Shown here piece by piece: positions 20,004 to 30,501 of a stretch of 64,000 nt of DNA. A program made the translations under genes and the position numbers. A model generated the notes under the pieces. The model was not told where the DNA came from. It made no database searches and was given only the letters and a program-made list of their open reading frames with translations. The stretch lies in IMG/VR virus record IMGVR_UViG_3300031587_000158; one strand, given 5' to 3'. Positions within the stretch are counted from its first letter, which is position 1, and every line of letters starts with the position of its first letter. The stretch is from an uncultured virus (IMG/VR IMGVR_UViG_3300031587_000158) (lineage: Duplodnaviria > Heunggongvirae > Uroviricota > Caudoviricetes).

Positions 20004-20985
20004 AGTTGGAGTTGGAATTACCTGCTATAAGGATACGAAGATGACTGAGCAGCTCCTCCGCTCGATTCGAGAGAGGACAAATTTCAACGAAGATTTTACT
20101 CTGTTGGTATTGGATGATGGAACCCCTGATAGGGGGATAGTGGATGGGTTAGATAGAATTTGCTGGATATATGATGCGGAATTTGAACATCATGAAACTA
20201 ATGAAGGTATCCCCAAAAGCTGGAACGATTGTATCCGAATATTGCATGACAAGTTTGGACGAGACGAGTTAGTTATCCTAAATAACGATTTAGTCGTCCT
20301 ACATGAAGATTGGTTGAGAGCCTTTATTTACTTTTTGCGAAATAACGAAAATGTAGGAACGGTAGGGCTTTCAATTATAAATATAGATCGAAATACAGGA
20401 AAGATTATGCCCTATGACCCTAATTCCTTTGGGCTTTCAAGAGTCGGTTCTGCGATAGGCTGCGATTTCGCTATTAGATATGATGTATGGAAGCAAGTGA
20501 AAAATGAAGATGGTAGTATAGGGTGGTTTGAGGGACTCAGATCTTTCCACGAGGAGGTAATTATGGGTTTCAGGTTGGCAGAGAAGGGATATTTATCTGC
20601 TATGTTGCCCTACCCCGCTCCCGCCTTCGGTCATTATGGTGGGGCAACTTTCGCAGCTAGTCCAGAACTTACGAAAATGAAGTTACCAAAAAGTGATGAG
20701 ATGGGGGTTGGTATAAATCCTGACGAGTATATGGAGGTGGTAAAAAGAAGTAAGATATACCCGGAAGAATGGAAGAAGGATAGGATAATCTGGGAAGAGG
20801 AGGGTGAATTATACGTTGACAGAATGACTATGACGAGGTATATTTTCTGTAAAATCTTTGGTGTTGATTTAAAATACTATGATAATCCAACGCCTATTGT
20901 GCATGAAAGAATCGTTACACCCCTACCACCTTGTAAAGTAAAAATCATCGATAAAGACGGAAAGGAAAAGGAGGCAATGATTTGA
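19996..20985 (+). CDS. Glycosyltransferase, GT2 family
   Basis: VLDDGTPD, NEGIPKSWN and ILNND motifs. Confidence 0.9.
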   Translation: MSKVGVGITCYKDTKMTEQLLRSIRERTNFNEDFTLLVLDDGTPDRGIVDGLDRICWIYDAEFEHHETNEGIPKSWNDCIRILHDKFGRDELVILNNDLVVLHEDWLRAFIYFLRNNENVGTVGLSIINIDRNTGKIMPYDPNSFGLSRVGSAIGCDFAIRYDVWKQVKNEDGSIGWFEGLRSFHEEVIMGFRLAEKGYLSAMLPYPAPAFGHYGGATFAASPELTKMKLPKSDEMGVGINPDEYMEVVKRSKIYPEEWKKDRIIWEEEGELYVDRMTMTRYIFCKIFGVDLKYYDNPTPIVHERIVTPLPPCKVKIIDKDGKEKEAMI

Positions 20986-21644
20986 AAAAAGAAGATTTAG
21001 TTGATACTGCGTATAGTTACCTTCTGGAGTTCTTTGAAGATTACAATTATAAGAAACCAAAAGTCTCAAAAGAAAGATTATTATACTTTAACCCTTCAAA
21101 TGTATGCGGTCATCAGCAGCGTACTTTTCTGATGTGGTGGGCATTAAAAGTCTCAGAGGAAGAGGTTAAAAAAGGAAAGGACCCATTAATTTTAGATATA
21201 GGCTGTGGTCAAGCAATAACACCGTCATGGGGAATTGGGATTGATAAAGTCCACGGAATCCATCCTGCGTACGGGGATCTTTACATTCCGACTATACAAG
21301 CGTCAGGATCAATATTACCAATTAGAAATAAATGTATATCTGCAATCGTATCTAATCACGCAATTGAACACATGGATGCTAAGAAAGCATTTTACGAATG
21401 GATAAGGGTTCTAAAACCAGGTGGTATAATTGCTTTAGTAACCCCTGATATAACTTATGGTCCTCATCAAGATCCTGATGGGCATGTCCGAGAGTATACT
21501 CCTGGAGAATTTTTCGATGAAATATTGGCTCCGCTAGTAGAAGATAAAAAGATAAGAATCTTGGAGCTTGATAGTTTTGATAATTACTTTAGCTGGAACC
21601 TTGTGGTGGAGAAAAGAAATGAAAGCTCTAATAATGCATTGTGA
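20982..21644 (+). CDS. Class I SAM-dependent methyltransferase
   Basis: ILDIGCG, HAIEH and EWIRVLKPGG. Confidence 0.9.
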   Translation: MKKEDLVDTAYSYLLEFFEDYNYKKPKVSKERLLYFNPSNVCGHQQRTFLMWWALKVSEEEVKKGKDPLILDIGCGQAITPSWGIGIDKVHGIHPAYGDLYIPTIQASGSILPIRNKCISAIVSNHAIEHMDAKKAFYEWIRVLKPGGIIALVTPDITYGPHQDPDGHVREYTPGEFFDEILAPLVEDKKIRILELDSFDNYFSWNLVVEKRNESSNNAL

Positions 21645-22605
21645 TCTACCGAGGGATAACTGGCACGCTAGATATGCGCGAGACTTCACTTATAAACATC
21701 TTCCTGAGCATGGTATTGACTACCAACTTATTTATCATGGTGAGCCGTGGCCTAAGGCGGAAGAATTTGACCTTATAGATATTAGCGAGTGGTGTAACCC
21801 TTGGCATGAAGAAGTTGCTAAAAAATACAAGCTGCCGATTGTATGTTCGACTGAGGAGGGCTCAATGGGTTCGCTTTATCATTATCTCGCTCAGAATAGA
21901 ATTAGCGAATTATTTATGCGCTCCCGAATAAAGCATTTCATAGCTCGAACTTCATGGACAAGGGATATGCTTAGGTTCTTTGGTATAAATGCCGAGTACA
22001 TCAGTGTGATCCCCTATGGTACAGATCTGGATACTTTCAAGCCTGCAAATAAGGAGCCTGAAGAGCCAGCCTTCCTGTATGTCGGGAGTGTAAATAAACA
22101 AAAAGGGGTCCACCACCTCATTGATGCATATTTGAATATCATGGACAGAACCGATTGGAAGCTAAAAGTCTGCGTTGGTGAATTTAATAACGACGATGGG
22201 ATTTTAGGTGAGATAAAGAAATTAACAGGGCAAAACAATAAGATACAGCTAATGCCATTCCCGTTACTAAGTGAGCTGCCAAAGGTCTACCATAATGCTA
22301 CCTGTTTCGTTTTACCTCAGGATTATAACTCCGTTCTACAATTCGGTAATCCTATGCTATGGGCTATCTCATGTGGTCTGCCGGCAATAAGCTTGGATCA
22401 AGGAGCAGCTCGAGATTATATAAGGGATTGTATTAATGGTCTTCTATGTCCCAAGATAGGTGATTTATCGGAAAAAATGTTACAAATAACAACTATGGAT
22501 TTCGTATGGATGGGGAAGGTGGGAAGAGCTATGGTAGAAAAAAAATTTAAGCCCGAATTGGTAGCAAGGAGATATAAGGAGGTATATGAAGAGGTGATAG
22601 CATAG
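21619..22605 (+). CDS. Glycosyltransferase, GT4 family
   Basis: LYVGSVNKQKG and FGNPMLWAISCGLP. Confidence 0.88.
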   Translation: MKALIMHCDLPRDNWHARYARDFTYKHLPEHGIDYQLIYHGEPWPKAEEFDLIDISEWCNPWHEEVAKKYKLPIVCSTEEGSMGSLYHYLAQNRISELFMRSRIKHFIARTSWTRDMLRFFGINAEYISVIPYGTDLDTFKPANKEPEEPAFLYVGSVNKQKGVHHLIDAYLNIMDRTDWKLKVCVGEFNNDDGILGEIKKLTGQNNKIQLMPFPLLSELPKVYHNATCFVLPQDYNSVLQFGNPMLWAISCGLPAISLDQGAARDYIRDCINGLLCPKIGDLSEKMLQITTMDFVWMGKVGRAMVEKKFKPELVARRYKEVYEEVIA

Positions 22606-23843
22606 TGAAATTTAACTTTGTGATACCACCCTCGCCTTACTTGACCGATGATTTAACCTTCCCGAATTTAGGTGTTCTCTACTTGAGTGCTGTCCTGAAA
22701 CAGCATAATTATAATGTCTTTGTAATTGACCTCCATGGGCATACTGATGACTGGCGACATGTATTATCACACTATATCAATGCCAATACAAATCTCTGGG
22801 GAGTTCCGTGTGTCACACCTGAGTTTCCTCTTGCCATAGAGATACTAAAAGAGATAAAAACAGTAGATCCTAAAGCCCCAGTTATCATTGGTGGGCCCAT
22901 GGCTACCTGTGATTACCAAGTGTGTTTATCCGCGGGTTTTGATAAGGTTGTCGTAGGTGAGGGCGAACGTGCGATAGTAAGAATAATGGAAGGATGTAAA
23001 GATCGGATATTACGAGAGCCCTATATCCTAAACTTGGACGAAATACCGTTTCCTGATAGGAGTGCTATTGACATCTACCGGTATCATTATAATATAGATG
23101 GTAAAAAGACTACAAATGTGATTACTACAAGAGGATGCTTCTGGAGCAAATGCCGATTTTGTTGCCAGACATGGGATGGAAAAATCAGGTATAGAAGTAG
23201 TGAGAATGTAATTGAAGAGCTTAAGATTTTGAGCGATATGGGATTTGAGGGTGTTGCGTTCAGTGATGACGAGTTCTTCTCCTTGAGAACACGTGATTTG
23301 AAGATATGTAGGGGGATAGAAGATTTGGGTATGGTCTTCCGGTGTTTGACAAGATCAGATTTGGTAACTCAAGAGATTGCTAAAGTTGCAGCGAGAACCG
23401 GATGTAGGGAATCGCTATTGGGAGTTGAGAGTGGTAGTAGTAAAATACTGCAGGTGGTGGGAAAGGGTATAACAAAAGAACAGAACAGGGAGGCGATAAA
23501 AATGCTCAAGGAAAATGGTATACGAGTAAAAGCGTTATTTATGTTGGGTCTACCCGGTGAGTCATACGACACTATCGCTGAGACGATAAGATTCATCGAG
23601 GAGACCCAGCCTGATATATGTGAATTCACTATCTATACCCCTTACCCCAATTCAACGATCTGGAACGATCCTTCAGGTTTTGACATCTCATTTAATAAGG
23701 AGAGAATTTTAACTGGGGGTGCTTGGTATAAAGGTATCAAAGGTAGATATAAGTCCTATGTGAGTTCCTCTTCTCTTACAGCAGAAGAAATAGTGGACAT
23801 TCGTGATGAATTAGAGGAGGAATATGGAGGTTTTAAGTCATGA
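22605..23843 (+). CDS. B12-binding radical SAM enzyme (class B methyltransferase-like)
   Basis: PNLGVLYLSA, IIGGP, TRGCFWSKCRFC, GVESGS and MLGLPGES. Confidence 0.92.
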   Translation: MKFNFVIPPSPYLTDDLTFPNLGVLYLSAVLKQHNYNVFVIDLHGHTDDWRHVLSHYINANTNLWGVPCVTPEFPLAIEILKEIKTVDPKAPVIIGGPMATCDYQVCLSAGFDKVVVGEGERAIVRIMEGCKDRILREPYILNLDEIPFPDRSAIDIYRYHYNIDGKKTTNVITTRGCFWSKCRFCCQTWDGKIRYRSSENVIEELKILSDMGFEGVAFSDDEFFSLRTRDLKICRGIEDLGMVFRCLTRSDLVTQEIAKVAARTGCRESLLGVESGSSKILQVVGKGITKEQNREAIKMLKENGIRVKALFMLGLPGESYDTIAETIRFIEETQPDICEFTIYTPYPNSTIWNDPSGFDISFNKERILTGGAWYKGIKGRYKSYVSSSSLTAEEIVDIRDELEEEYGGFKS

Positions 23844-24991
23844 AAATCCTTTATTTAGAGCACCCTGAGCCTGATGGTGGTACAACACAGTTGTATATGG
23901 GGTTAGTGCAGCTTCTCGGTGAGGAGAATGTTGTTGACTTCCCGTATAAATACTGCTTGCACGGTCAAATTGAGCAACTACAGAATGAGGATATTAGAGT
24001 GTTTATGCGTGATAATCCAACTGTTTTTCCTAATGGCGGTTATTCCGATCCATTCTTATGGGCTATCTCATCTGGGGGTGCGGAGTATCATTATGAGGAG
24101 ATAAAAGAGAAAGTGAGAAACGGTGAGTTTGATTTAGTCCTGATGACACCAAGACCAGTGAGTATATATTACCTGGATCGTCTAATACTCGATTTAAATT
24201 TAAATATACCACCCGTAATTCTCTGTGATTTTGAGGATTATCACGATTTGAGGTTTGATATAATCTCCAAATTCTCGCCCTATATAAGGCTGATGACGAA
24301 GGCGAGTTATTTACCAAATAACCTTGGAGTTTTCCAGAATTTGATGACTGGTGATGAGAAGATATACCCCTTACCATTATCCTCGCCTATTGTAGATAAC
24401 CCAGCCTATCAATTTGATGATAGCGACGAGAGTAAGACTATAGATGTCCACGCCAGATTTGGGCTTACCAGGAGTCTTCGAAAGGAGGTCATAGAATCGT
24501 TGCGAAAGCTAGGAGGTTTTAAAGGGGGTATCGCACTACCTGAGCGATCTACCATGCTTATAGAAAATGGTGTTCATATCTGTGGTGATGGTGGAAGAAC
24601 AGTAATAACCTCGTTGGATGAGCACGTTCCTTATGTGCAGTATTTGAAAGAGATAGCCCAATCCAGGATGTCTGTATCAATGGGTGGACATGGGCCGGGT
24701 AAGAACCCAGCTCGGAATTGGGAAATCCCCTCATATAACACGCTTATGCTTTGCGAGCCACAGGCTATCTACTATGAGCATCCCTTTGAAGATGGGAAAA
24801 CGTGTGTATTTTTTAATCCTGAGCGGAAGGATGATGTCTGTGAAAAAGCCTTATACTGGCTTAGCGATGGAATGGAAAATGAAAGGAGAGAAATAGCTAA
24901 GGCAGGGCATGAGTATCTTAAAAAATACCATACCTGTAAAGCGAGGGCAGGTAGATTATTAGAAATGGCAAAGGGGGAGTTTTTGATATGA
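23840..24991 (+). CDS. GT-B glycosyltransferase-like protein (Glyco_trans_1_2 type)
   Basis: C-terminal RNWEIP...FEDGKTC...IAKAGHEYLKKYHT..RA. Confidence 0.8.
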   Translation: MKILYLEHPEPDGGTTQLYMGLVQLLGEENVVDFPYKYCLHGQIEQLQNEDIRVFMRDNPTVFPNGGYSDPFLWAISSGGAEYHYEEIKEKVRNGEFDLVLMTPRPVSIYYLDRLILDLNLNIPPVILCDFEDYHDLRFDIISKFSPYIRLMTKASYLPNNLGVFQNLMTGDEKIYPLPLSSPIVDNPAYQFDDSDESKTIDVHARFGLTRSLRKEVIESLRKLGGFKGGIALPERSTMLIENGVHICGDGGRTVITSLDEHVPYVQYLKEIAQSRMSVSMGGHGPGKNPARNWEIPSYNTLMLCEPQAIYYEHPFEDGKTCVFFNPERKDDVCEKALYWLSDGMENERREIAKAGHEYLKKYHTCKARAGRLLEMAKGEFLI

Positions 24992-25863
24992 TAGAAGAAA
25001 AAATAACTATTGTAATACCAGTTATTGCGAGAAGGGCACCTATTAATGCGGTTGAAGCCTGTTTGAGAAGTCTTGTGTATAATTCAAACCTACAAAATGA
25101 AATAATTATTGTAAAAGATAGATTTGAAACTTATGCACCGGAATCAAGAGAGCTTAAAAATTGGCTTGATAGTAAGTCTCTCTGGTTTAATAAGCATAAC
25201 ATAAAAACGGTTGATTGTCAAAGGACAGAATCACTAAAGCACGAGGAATTAGGAGCATATATAGCGGGAAATTACGGCGCTGAGATCGCAGAAAACGATT
25301 GGGTCATTTTATATTCCGACTGTGACTTCTACTATCATACTAATTGGGATAAAAATTTGTTAAATACTGTTGAATCATTTTTAAGAGCAGATGATGATGC
25401 AACCACAAAATACTCATTTACGCCTGTAATGGTTAGATTAGTAAGTACAGTGGAATTTTATATCGAAATGGAGCGTGGTGGTATCGTCCCTCCTGAAAAA
25501 CAGAATGCATATGATATAACAAGATTGAATGGTTGTTTGTATTTTAATAGAGCGAGGGGTGAGATTAGCGAGAGTGAAATGCTCAGTTTTGGTGATAGGG
25601 TGATTATACCGCATCAATATACCATAGAGCTTTGTGGATCAAGACTGATAACAAATTACTGGCCTAATATTCTCCACAAAGACTTATTAAATAAAATCGG
25701 GGGTCTTCCAGAAGATCCAACTCCTAATATTAGTTGCGATTTAATGTTTGATACTAAGCTACATAAACATGGTATACTTAAAGTTACCCCCCTTGATTCA
25801 CTCTTCTTCCATACGTATAAAACTCCTACTATTTTCGATGTTACAGGGGATAGAAATGATTAA
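24988..25863 (+). CDS. GT2-like glycosyltransferase
   Basis: ITIVIPV, EIIIV and DCD (DxD) motifs. Confidence 0.7.
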   Translation: MIEEKITIVIPVIARRAPINAVEACLRSLVYNSNLQNEIIIVKDRFETYAPESRELKNWLDSKSLWFNKHNIKTVDCQRTESLKHEELGAYIAGNYGAEIAENDWVILYSDCDFYYHTNWDKNLLNTVESFLRADDDATTKYSFTPVMVRLVSTVEFYIEMERGGIVPPEKQNAYDITRLNGCLYFNRARGEISESEMLSFGDRVIIPHQYTIELCGSRLITNYWPNILHKDLLNKIGGLPEDPTPNISCDLMFDTKLHKHGILKVTPLDSLFFHTYKTPTIFDVTGDRND

Positions 25864-26749
25864 TTTAGATTTGGTCGGGTTGGGCTACTGGGGTAGAAAT
25901 TACAGGAGACTTTTATTAAATTACGACTGTACACTTAATCTAATAGATCCAAAAAAAGGTCTTTACGGAAAAGAAAGTCAAAAAACCAATGCTGCTATAA
26001 TCGCCTCTCCAGCATCGACCCATTATGGGATTGCAAAGATGTATCTTGAACAAGGTATTGATATTTTGGTAGAAAAACCACTTGCGCTTTCCTCAATAGA
26101 ATGCCGGAATCTCATAGCTTTAGCAAAGCGGTATCAAAGTGTCCTTATGGTCGGGCATACCTATCTGTACAATCCTGCAGTTAGATACATTAAAGAGCAT
26201 ATAGAGATATATAACGACATATATTTTATATTAGCAAATAGAACAAATTTGGGTCCCATAAGGGATGATGTCAATTGTATTTGGGACCTAGCACCTCATG
26301 ATATTAGTATGATTAATTTCATTCTTGACTTAGATCCTACACGAGGTTATGTAACAAAGGGCTATTATTTATCACAAGAAAGATGTGACATTGCGTTTAT
26401 TACTCTTTTTTATCCAAAAAATATCCTGTGTAATATTACCGTTGGATGGTTAAATGCAAATAAAGTGAGAAGAATGGAATTTGTGGGTGCAAAAGAGCGA
26501 ATTGTGTTTGACGACATTGATCCATTAGAGAAAGTTAAAATATATAAGAAAGGTGCTGAAATCGTCGATGATAGAATTAGTTTACGAGATGGCGAGGTTG
26601 TATCGCCGGATATTAAGTTTGAGGAGCCTCTAAAACTTCAACTGGATGCTTTCTTTAATGCTATTAAAACGAGAGATGAGCCATTATCAAACGGGGAAAA
26701 GGCTCTGAAGGTAGTGGAAGTCATTGAAAGATTGAAGGAGGTTGATTAA
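25856..26749 (+). CDS. Gfo/Idh/MocA oxidoreductase (nucleotide-sugar dehydrogenase)
   Basis: VGLGYWG, LVEKPLA and WDLAPHD. Confidence 0.92.
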   Translation: MINLDLVGLGYWGRNYRRLLLNYDCTLNLIDPKKGLYGKESQKTNAAIIASPASTHYGIAKMYLEQGIDILVEKPLALSSIECRNLIALAKRYQSVLMVGHTYLYNPAVRYIKEHIEIYNDIYFILANRTNLGPIRDDVNCIWDLAPHDISMINFILDLDPTRGYVTKGYYLSQERCDIAFITLFYPKNILCNITVGWLNANKVRRMEFVGAKERIVFDDIDPLEKVKIYKKGAEIVDDRISLRDGEVVSPDIKFEEPLKLQLDAFFNAIKTRDEPLSNGEKALKVVEVIERLKEVD

Positions 26750-26754
26750 GGGAG

Positions 26755-27186
26755 ATGCCTATAAAAGAAGATGTTATTATCGGAAAGGGTACTTCTATAC
26801 CATATCCTGACTTGGTGAATATATATGGGTGTGTAATTGGAGAGAATTGTCTTGTTGGTCCTTTTGTTGAGATACAAAGGGATGTTGTAATAGGTGATGG
26901 GACAAGGATACAATCCCATACCTTTATCTGTTCAAAGGTGAGGATCGGTAAAAACTGCTTTATCGGACATGGCGTGATGTTTATTAATGATAAACATCCT
27001 GTGCATCGTGATCCTGCTGATTGGGAAAAGATAATAGTGGAAGATGGGGTCGTTATTGGAAGTAGTGCAACTATCCTTCCTTGTAGGATTCGTAGAGGTG
27101 CTGTAATAGGCGCGGGGAGTGTGGTATTAAGGGATGTCGAAGCTGGTAAAACGGTTGTAGGTAATCCTGCTAGGGAAATAAGATGA
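26755..27186 (+). CDS. Hexapeptide-repeat N-acetyltransferase (WbpD/FdtC-like)
   Basis: Left-handed beta-helix repeats; GHGVMFIND and VVGNPAR. Confidence 0.92.
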   Translation: MPIKEDVIIGKGTSIPYPDLVNIYGCVIGENCLVGPFVEIQRDVVIGDGTRIQSHTFICSKVRIGKNCFIGHGVMFINDKHPVHRDPADWEKIIVEDGVVIGSSATILPCRIRRGAVIGAGSVVLRDVEAGKTVVGNPAREIR

Positions 27187-28280
27187 AAGTACCATTAGTT
27201 AATCTTGAGCGCCAGTATAAGACGATAAAAGGAGAAATAAATCGTGCTATTAGAAAAGTATTAGAATCTGGTCAATATATCCTTGGTGAGGAACTAGAGA
27301 ATTTTGAAAGAGAATTTGCTTCTTACTGTGGTGCAAGATATGGAGTAGGTCTCGCTTCTGGATCTGATGCTTTAATGTTGGCTATGAGGGCATTAGATAT
27401 TGGAAAAGGCGATGAGGTAATAACTGTTCCAAATACCTTTATATCCACCGTTGATGCTATTGCCCTAAATGGAGCGGAACCTGTTTTTGTTGATATTGAC
27501 GAGGAGAGTTACAATATAGATGTAAATAGAATAGAAGAAAAGATCACCAAGAATACCAGACTGATTCTCCCAGTCCACTTGTATGGTCAACCTGCCGATA
27601 TGGATCCTATTTTAGATGTTGCTGAGGATAATGATTTGTATGTAATTGAAGATGCTGCTCAGGCTCATGGTGCTGAATACAAAGGCAAAAAAGTAGGTTC
27701 GTTGGGGGATATCGCAGCTTTTAGCTTTTATCCCTCTAAGAATCTAGGTGCCTTTGGCGATGGTGGGATGGTTGTTACAAATAATGAAGAATTGGCAGAT
27801 AAACTAAAAGCGCTAAGGAATTACGGGCAGAAGAAGAAGAACTACCATGATTTTATAGGTCATAATTCTCGCTTGGACGAATTACAAGCAGCAGCTCTTA
27901 GAGTGAAATTAAAATACCTGGATGAGTGGAACGATAAAAGAAGAAAGAATGTAACTCTATATAACGAAATATTGGAGGATATTGAGGGGATTAAAATACC
28001 TGTTGAAAAGATCTTTTCTAAACATGTCTATCACCTTTATGTCATCAGGTGCAGGGGGAGAGAGGGATTACGTAGACATCTTCTTTCCTTCGGCATATCT
28101 ACTGGAATCCATTATCCCATACCGATCCATCTGCAGGAAGCATACGAATATTTGGGCTATCATAGGGGGGATTTTTTAATCACCGAAAAGTGTGCAGATG
28201 AGATATTATCGCTCCCAATGTTCCCTGAGTTGTCGAGTGATGAAATACACGAAATTACACTACACATGGATAAAGAATGA
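27183..28280 (+). CDS. DegT/DnrJ/EryC1/StrS PLP-dependent sugar aminotransferase
   Basis: [32 protein letters not shown] and [10 protein letters not shown]. Confidence 0.95.
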   Translation: MKVPLVNLERQYKTIKGEINRAIRKVLESGQYILGEELENFEREFASYCGARYGVGLASGSDALMLAMRALDIGKGDEVITVPNTFISTVDAIALNGAEPVFVDIDEESYNIDVNRIEEKITKNTRLILPVHLYGQPADMDPILDVAEDNDLYVIEDAAQAHGAEYKGKKVGSLGDIAAFSFYPSKNLGAFGDGGMVVTNNEELADKLKALRNYGQKKKNYHDFIGHNSRLDELQAAALRVKLKYLDEWNDKRRKNVTLYNEILEDIEGIKIPVEKIFSKHVYHLYVIRCRGREGLRRHLLSFGISTGIHYPIPIHLQEAYEYLGYHRGDFLITEKCADEILSLPMFPELSSDEIHEITLHMDKE

Positions 28281-28292
28281 AGGAGAGAGAAC

Positions 28293-28949
28293 ATGTCTAT
28301 AATAGTCCCTAAAAAACTGAAAGCTCTTGTTCACTCATATTTAGAAAACTCAGATAGAAAGATAGAGTCGGGTGGCTATTTCTTCGGTAAGACTAATGAT
28401 TTCCTTGCCTTTTTACCCATCCCCAACTATTCTGATAAGCCACTTAGCTCTTACTCGCTGGATAATACTCTATCAATCGCGGAGCATTATATGAGAATGA
28501 TAGGGATGGATATTATCGCAGATATGCATACCCATCCCGATGGTACTATCCCATCAGGGAAAGATATGGATTACATTCGGGGAAAGAGATGGAAATATCA
28601 CGTGGTAATTGCAGACAAGGGAGATGAATTCGAGTGGTTTGTCATAGATAGGGATTTGCATAACGTTCAAGTAGTTGAATCGAATATCGAGTTGGAGTTG
28701 TATGGTGAGATTTTTGCTTCTGAAGTTGGGTTGACATATTTAGGACAGGTATTTTTGACTGAAAAGGGTGAGATTATTGGTAATGAAGATAGTAAGAGGT
28801 TTCTTATACTCAATGAGGATGTGTGGCGAGTTTGGACATGGTATAAGAATCAGAGGGGGAGCTTGGATATGTCAAGAGCGAAAGCTTCCAGAGATCTGAA
28901 ACTATCACCAGCGAGGGTTAAAAAGGCATTCGAAATTCTGAAGATATAA
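28293..28949 (+). CDS. JAB/MPN+ metalloprotease-domain protein with C-terminal HTH-like region
   Basis: ESGG...HTHP...PS..D JAMM motif; C-terminal SRAKASRDLKLSPARV. Confidence 0.8.
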   Translation: MSIIVPKKLKALVHSYLENSDRKIESGGYFFGKTNDFLAFLPIPNYSDKPLSSYSLDNTLSIAEHYMRMIGMDIIADMHTHPDGTIPSGKDMDYIRGKRWKYHVVIADKGDEFEWFVIDRDLHNVQVVESNIELELYGEIFASEVGLTYLGQVFLTEKGEIIGNEDSKRFLILNEDVWRVWTWYKNQRGSLDMSRAKASRDLKLSPARVKKAFEILKI

Positions 28950-28989
28950 TAAAAAAGAAAAAAGAAAAAAGGAAGTCCCCAGATGTCGT

Positions 28990-29259
28990 TTAATCGAACA
29001 TCTTGCCGACGAAGTTATCGTACCACTTGTCCTCTTTGCCTTCGACAGCACTCGTGAAGTCAGTTGCAGAGACTGCATCAACACCATCCTTATATGCAGT
29101 CAACCTCGAAGCCTTGATCTTCGACTTACCAGCTTCTTTAGCCAGCCGGTCCATCTCTGTCTCATAGTGCGACTTCATCACCGACTTCATTGCCACGTAG
29201 TTGGTGCCCATCACCGAGGTCTTCCTGGCATATTTATCCTTGCCCGCTTTAAGTCCCAT
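28990..29259 (-). CDS. Small basic helical protein, candidate nucleocapsid (portoglobovirus VP1-like)
   Basis: 89 aa, Lys-rich, GKDKYARK...KWYDNFVGKMF; strong GGAGGTGA RBS and own promoter. Family link is from recollection only. Confidence 0.55.
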   Translation of the reverse strand: MGLKAGKDKYARKTSVMGTNYVAMKSVMKSHYETEMDRLAKEAGKSKIKASRLTAYKDGVDAVSATDFTSAVEGKEDKWYDNFVGKMFD

Positions 29260-29342
29260 TTTTATCACCTCCTAAATTCATGTACGATGATCACTCAGGA
29301 CCTATAACTTTTTAAGATTTTGGATCTATTCACCTATAGGTC

Positions 29343-29714
29343 ATGCCTCAGAGGTTCACATCCATCTGTCTAACGCCAGAGTTCAGGGATCAGTTGAAGG
29401 ATATTTGCGAAGAGCTACATATCTCATATGAGCGATTGATCAAGAACGCTATGGAGTGTTACTTCATGTTTGTTGAGCATGAGCTGGTTGACGAAAAAGG
29501 TGAGTCAAAGGCTGTTATTCTGTCGGATGAGGATCTGCACGATATAGGTATTATAGCGAGAAGGACAGGTTTAACCAAATCGCAAGTTGTGAGTTACCTA
29601 ATTTTCACCCTGAAGTTTATTTTTGAGGATCGACTCACCCTCAGTGATATTATTGCGAAATTAATGAGAGAGCGTGGTATCCCACGAGAAAAACTTCAAG
29701 TACTCTCACCGTAA
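29343..29714 (+). CDS. Tandem ribbon-helix-helix-like DNA-binding protein
   Basis: Two strand-helix-helix units (TSICLTPEFRDQL..SYERLI; AVILSDEDL..TKSQVV); divergent from the nucleocapsid-like gene. Confidence 0.65.
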   Translation: MPQRFTSICLTPEFRDQLKDICEELHISYERLIKNAMECYFMFVEHELVDEKGESKAVILSDEDLHDIGIIARRTGLTKSQVVSYLIFTLKFIFEDRLTLSDIIAKLMRERGIPREKLQVLSP

Positions 29715-29935
29715 ATCCAGTTTTTGTAATTGATTAGCATCGTAGGGGGGTTTTCGAGAACATCATCAAAATCCCTTCCTGACATCTCAGCTATTCGCTT
29801 AGCATACGCTATTACCGCAGGGTGCTTCTCTCCCTTAAGTGTAATCTTCCTACCATTAGTTTTAGAGGTTTTTGGGTGTGGGAATAATAAATCAATTATC
29901 TCTTCTACCATGTCTTTAGCTTTTTTCTTCGTCAT
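29696..29935 (-). CDS. Hypothetical protein with shared tag (AKDMVEEIIDLLF)
   Basis: 79-aa ORF in the minus-strand operon. Confidence 0.7.
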   Translation of the reverse strand: MTKKKAKDMVEEIIDLLFPHPKTSKTNGRKITLKGEKHPAVIAYAKRIAEMSGRDFDDVLENPPTMLINYKNWIYGEST

Positions 29936-29941
29936 CTCTGC

Positions 29942-30484
29942 CTAAATTATTATCTTTCTCTTTACTCTTTTACTATACCACTTTGGATATTTCCAAGCGA
30001 ATTTGACATACCTATCTGCCATCTCATCGGCGAACTTAAAAGCTCGATTGGTTGAAGCTCTTTCGTGATAAGGTATATCGGTCTCAGCCAACCACACAGC
30101 CACTATCTCATCGCCTTTCTTTATATGCTCAATGTAATATTCATAGTGCACAAAAAACCCCTCAAGGAATGATGTAACCTCCCTTACCAGGGTATCATAG
30201 GGAGCTGCCCCCCTCCAAATCCTTCTGAGTAATTTATCCATACCCTCTCTATGAACTAAAATTCTCTTCTCTCGCCAGTCGTATATAAAATTGAATACAC
30301 CAAATATATCCCGGTGAACTCTTACTCCAACAAAAATACTAGGTTCAGGAACTTTGAGATAAGGTGCTGCTTCAGATGAGATTACTCTCAGCCATTCTAG
30401 TATCTCATGGCGAGATTCCCATCCTCTCACAAGTTCTATGAGCCATTGCTCCTTTGGTTTCCTTGGTATCTCATCATTAGCCAT
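29942..30484 (-). CDS. Hypothetical protein
   Basis: 180-aa ORF with GGAGG RBS. Confidence 0.7.
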   Translation of the reverse strand: MANDEIPRKPKEQWLIELVRGWESRHEILEWLRVISSEAAPYLKVPEPSIFVGVRVHRDIFGVFNFIYDWREKRILVHREGMDKLLRRIWRGAAPYDTLVREVTSFLEGFFVHYEYYIEHIKKGDEIVAVWLAETDIPYHERASTNRAFKFADEMADRYVKFAWKYPKWYSKRVKRKIII

Positions 30485-30501
30485 ATTCTATCTCCTCCTT
30501 T

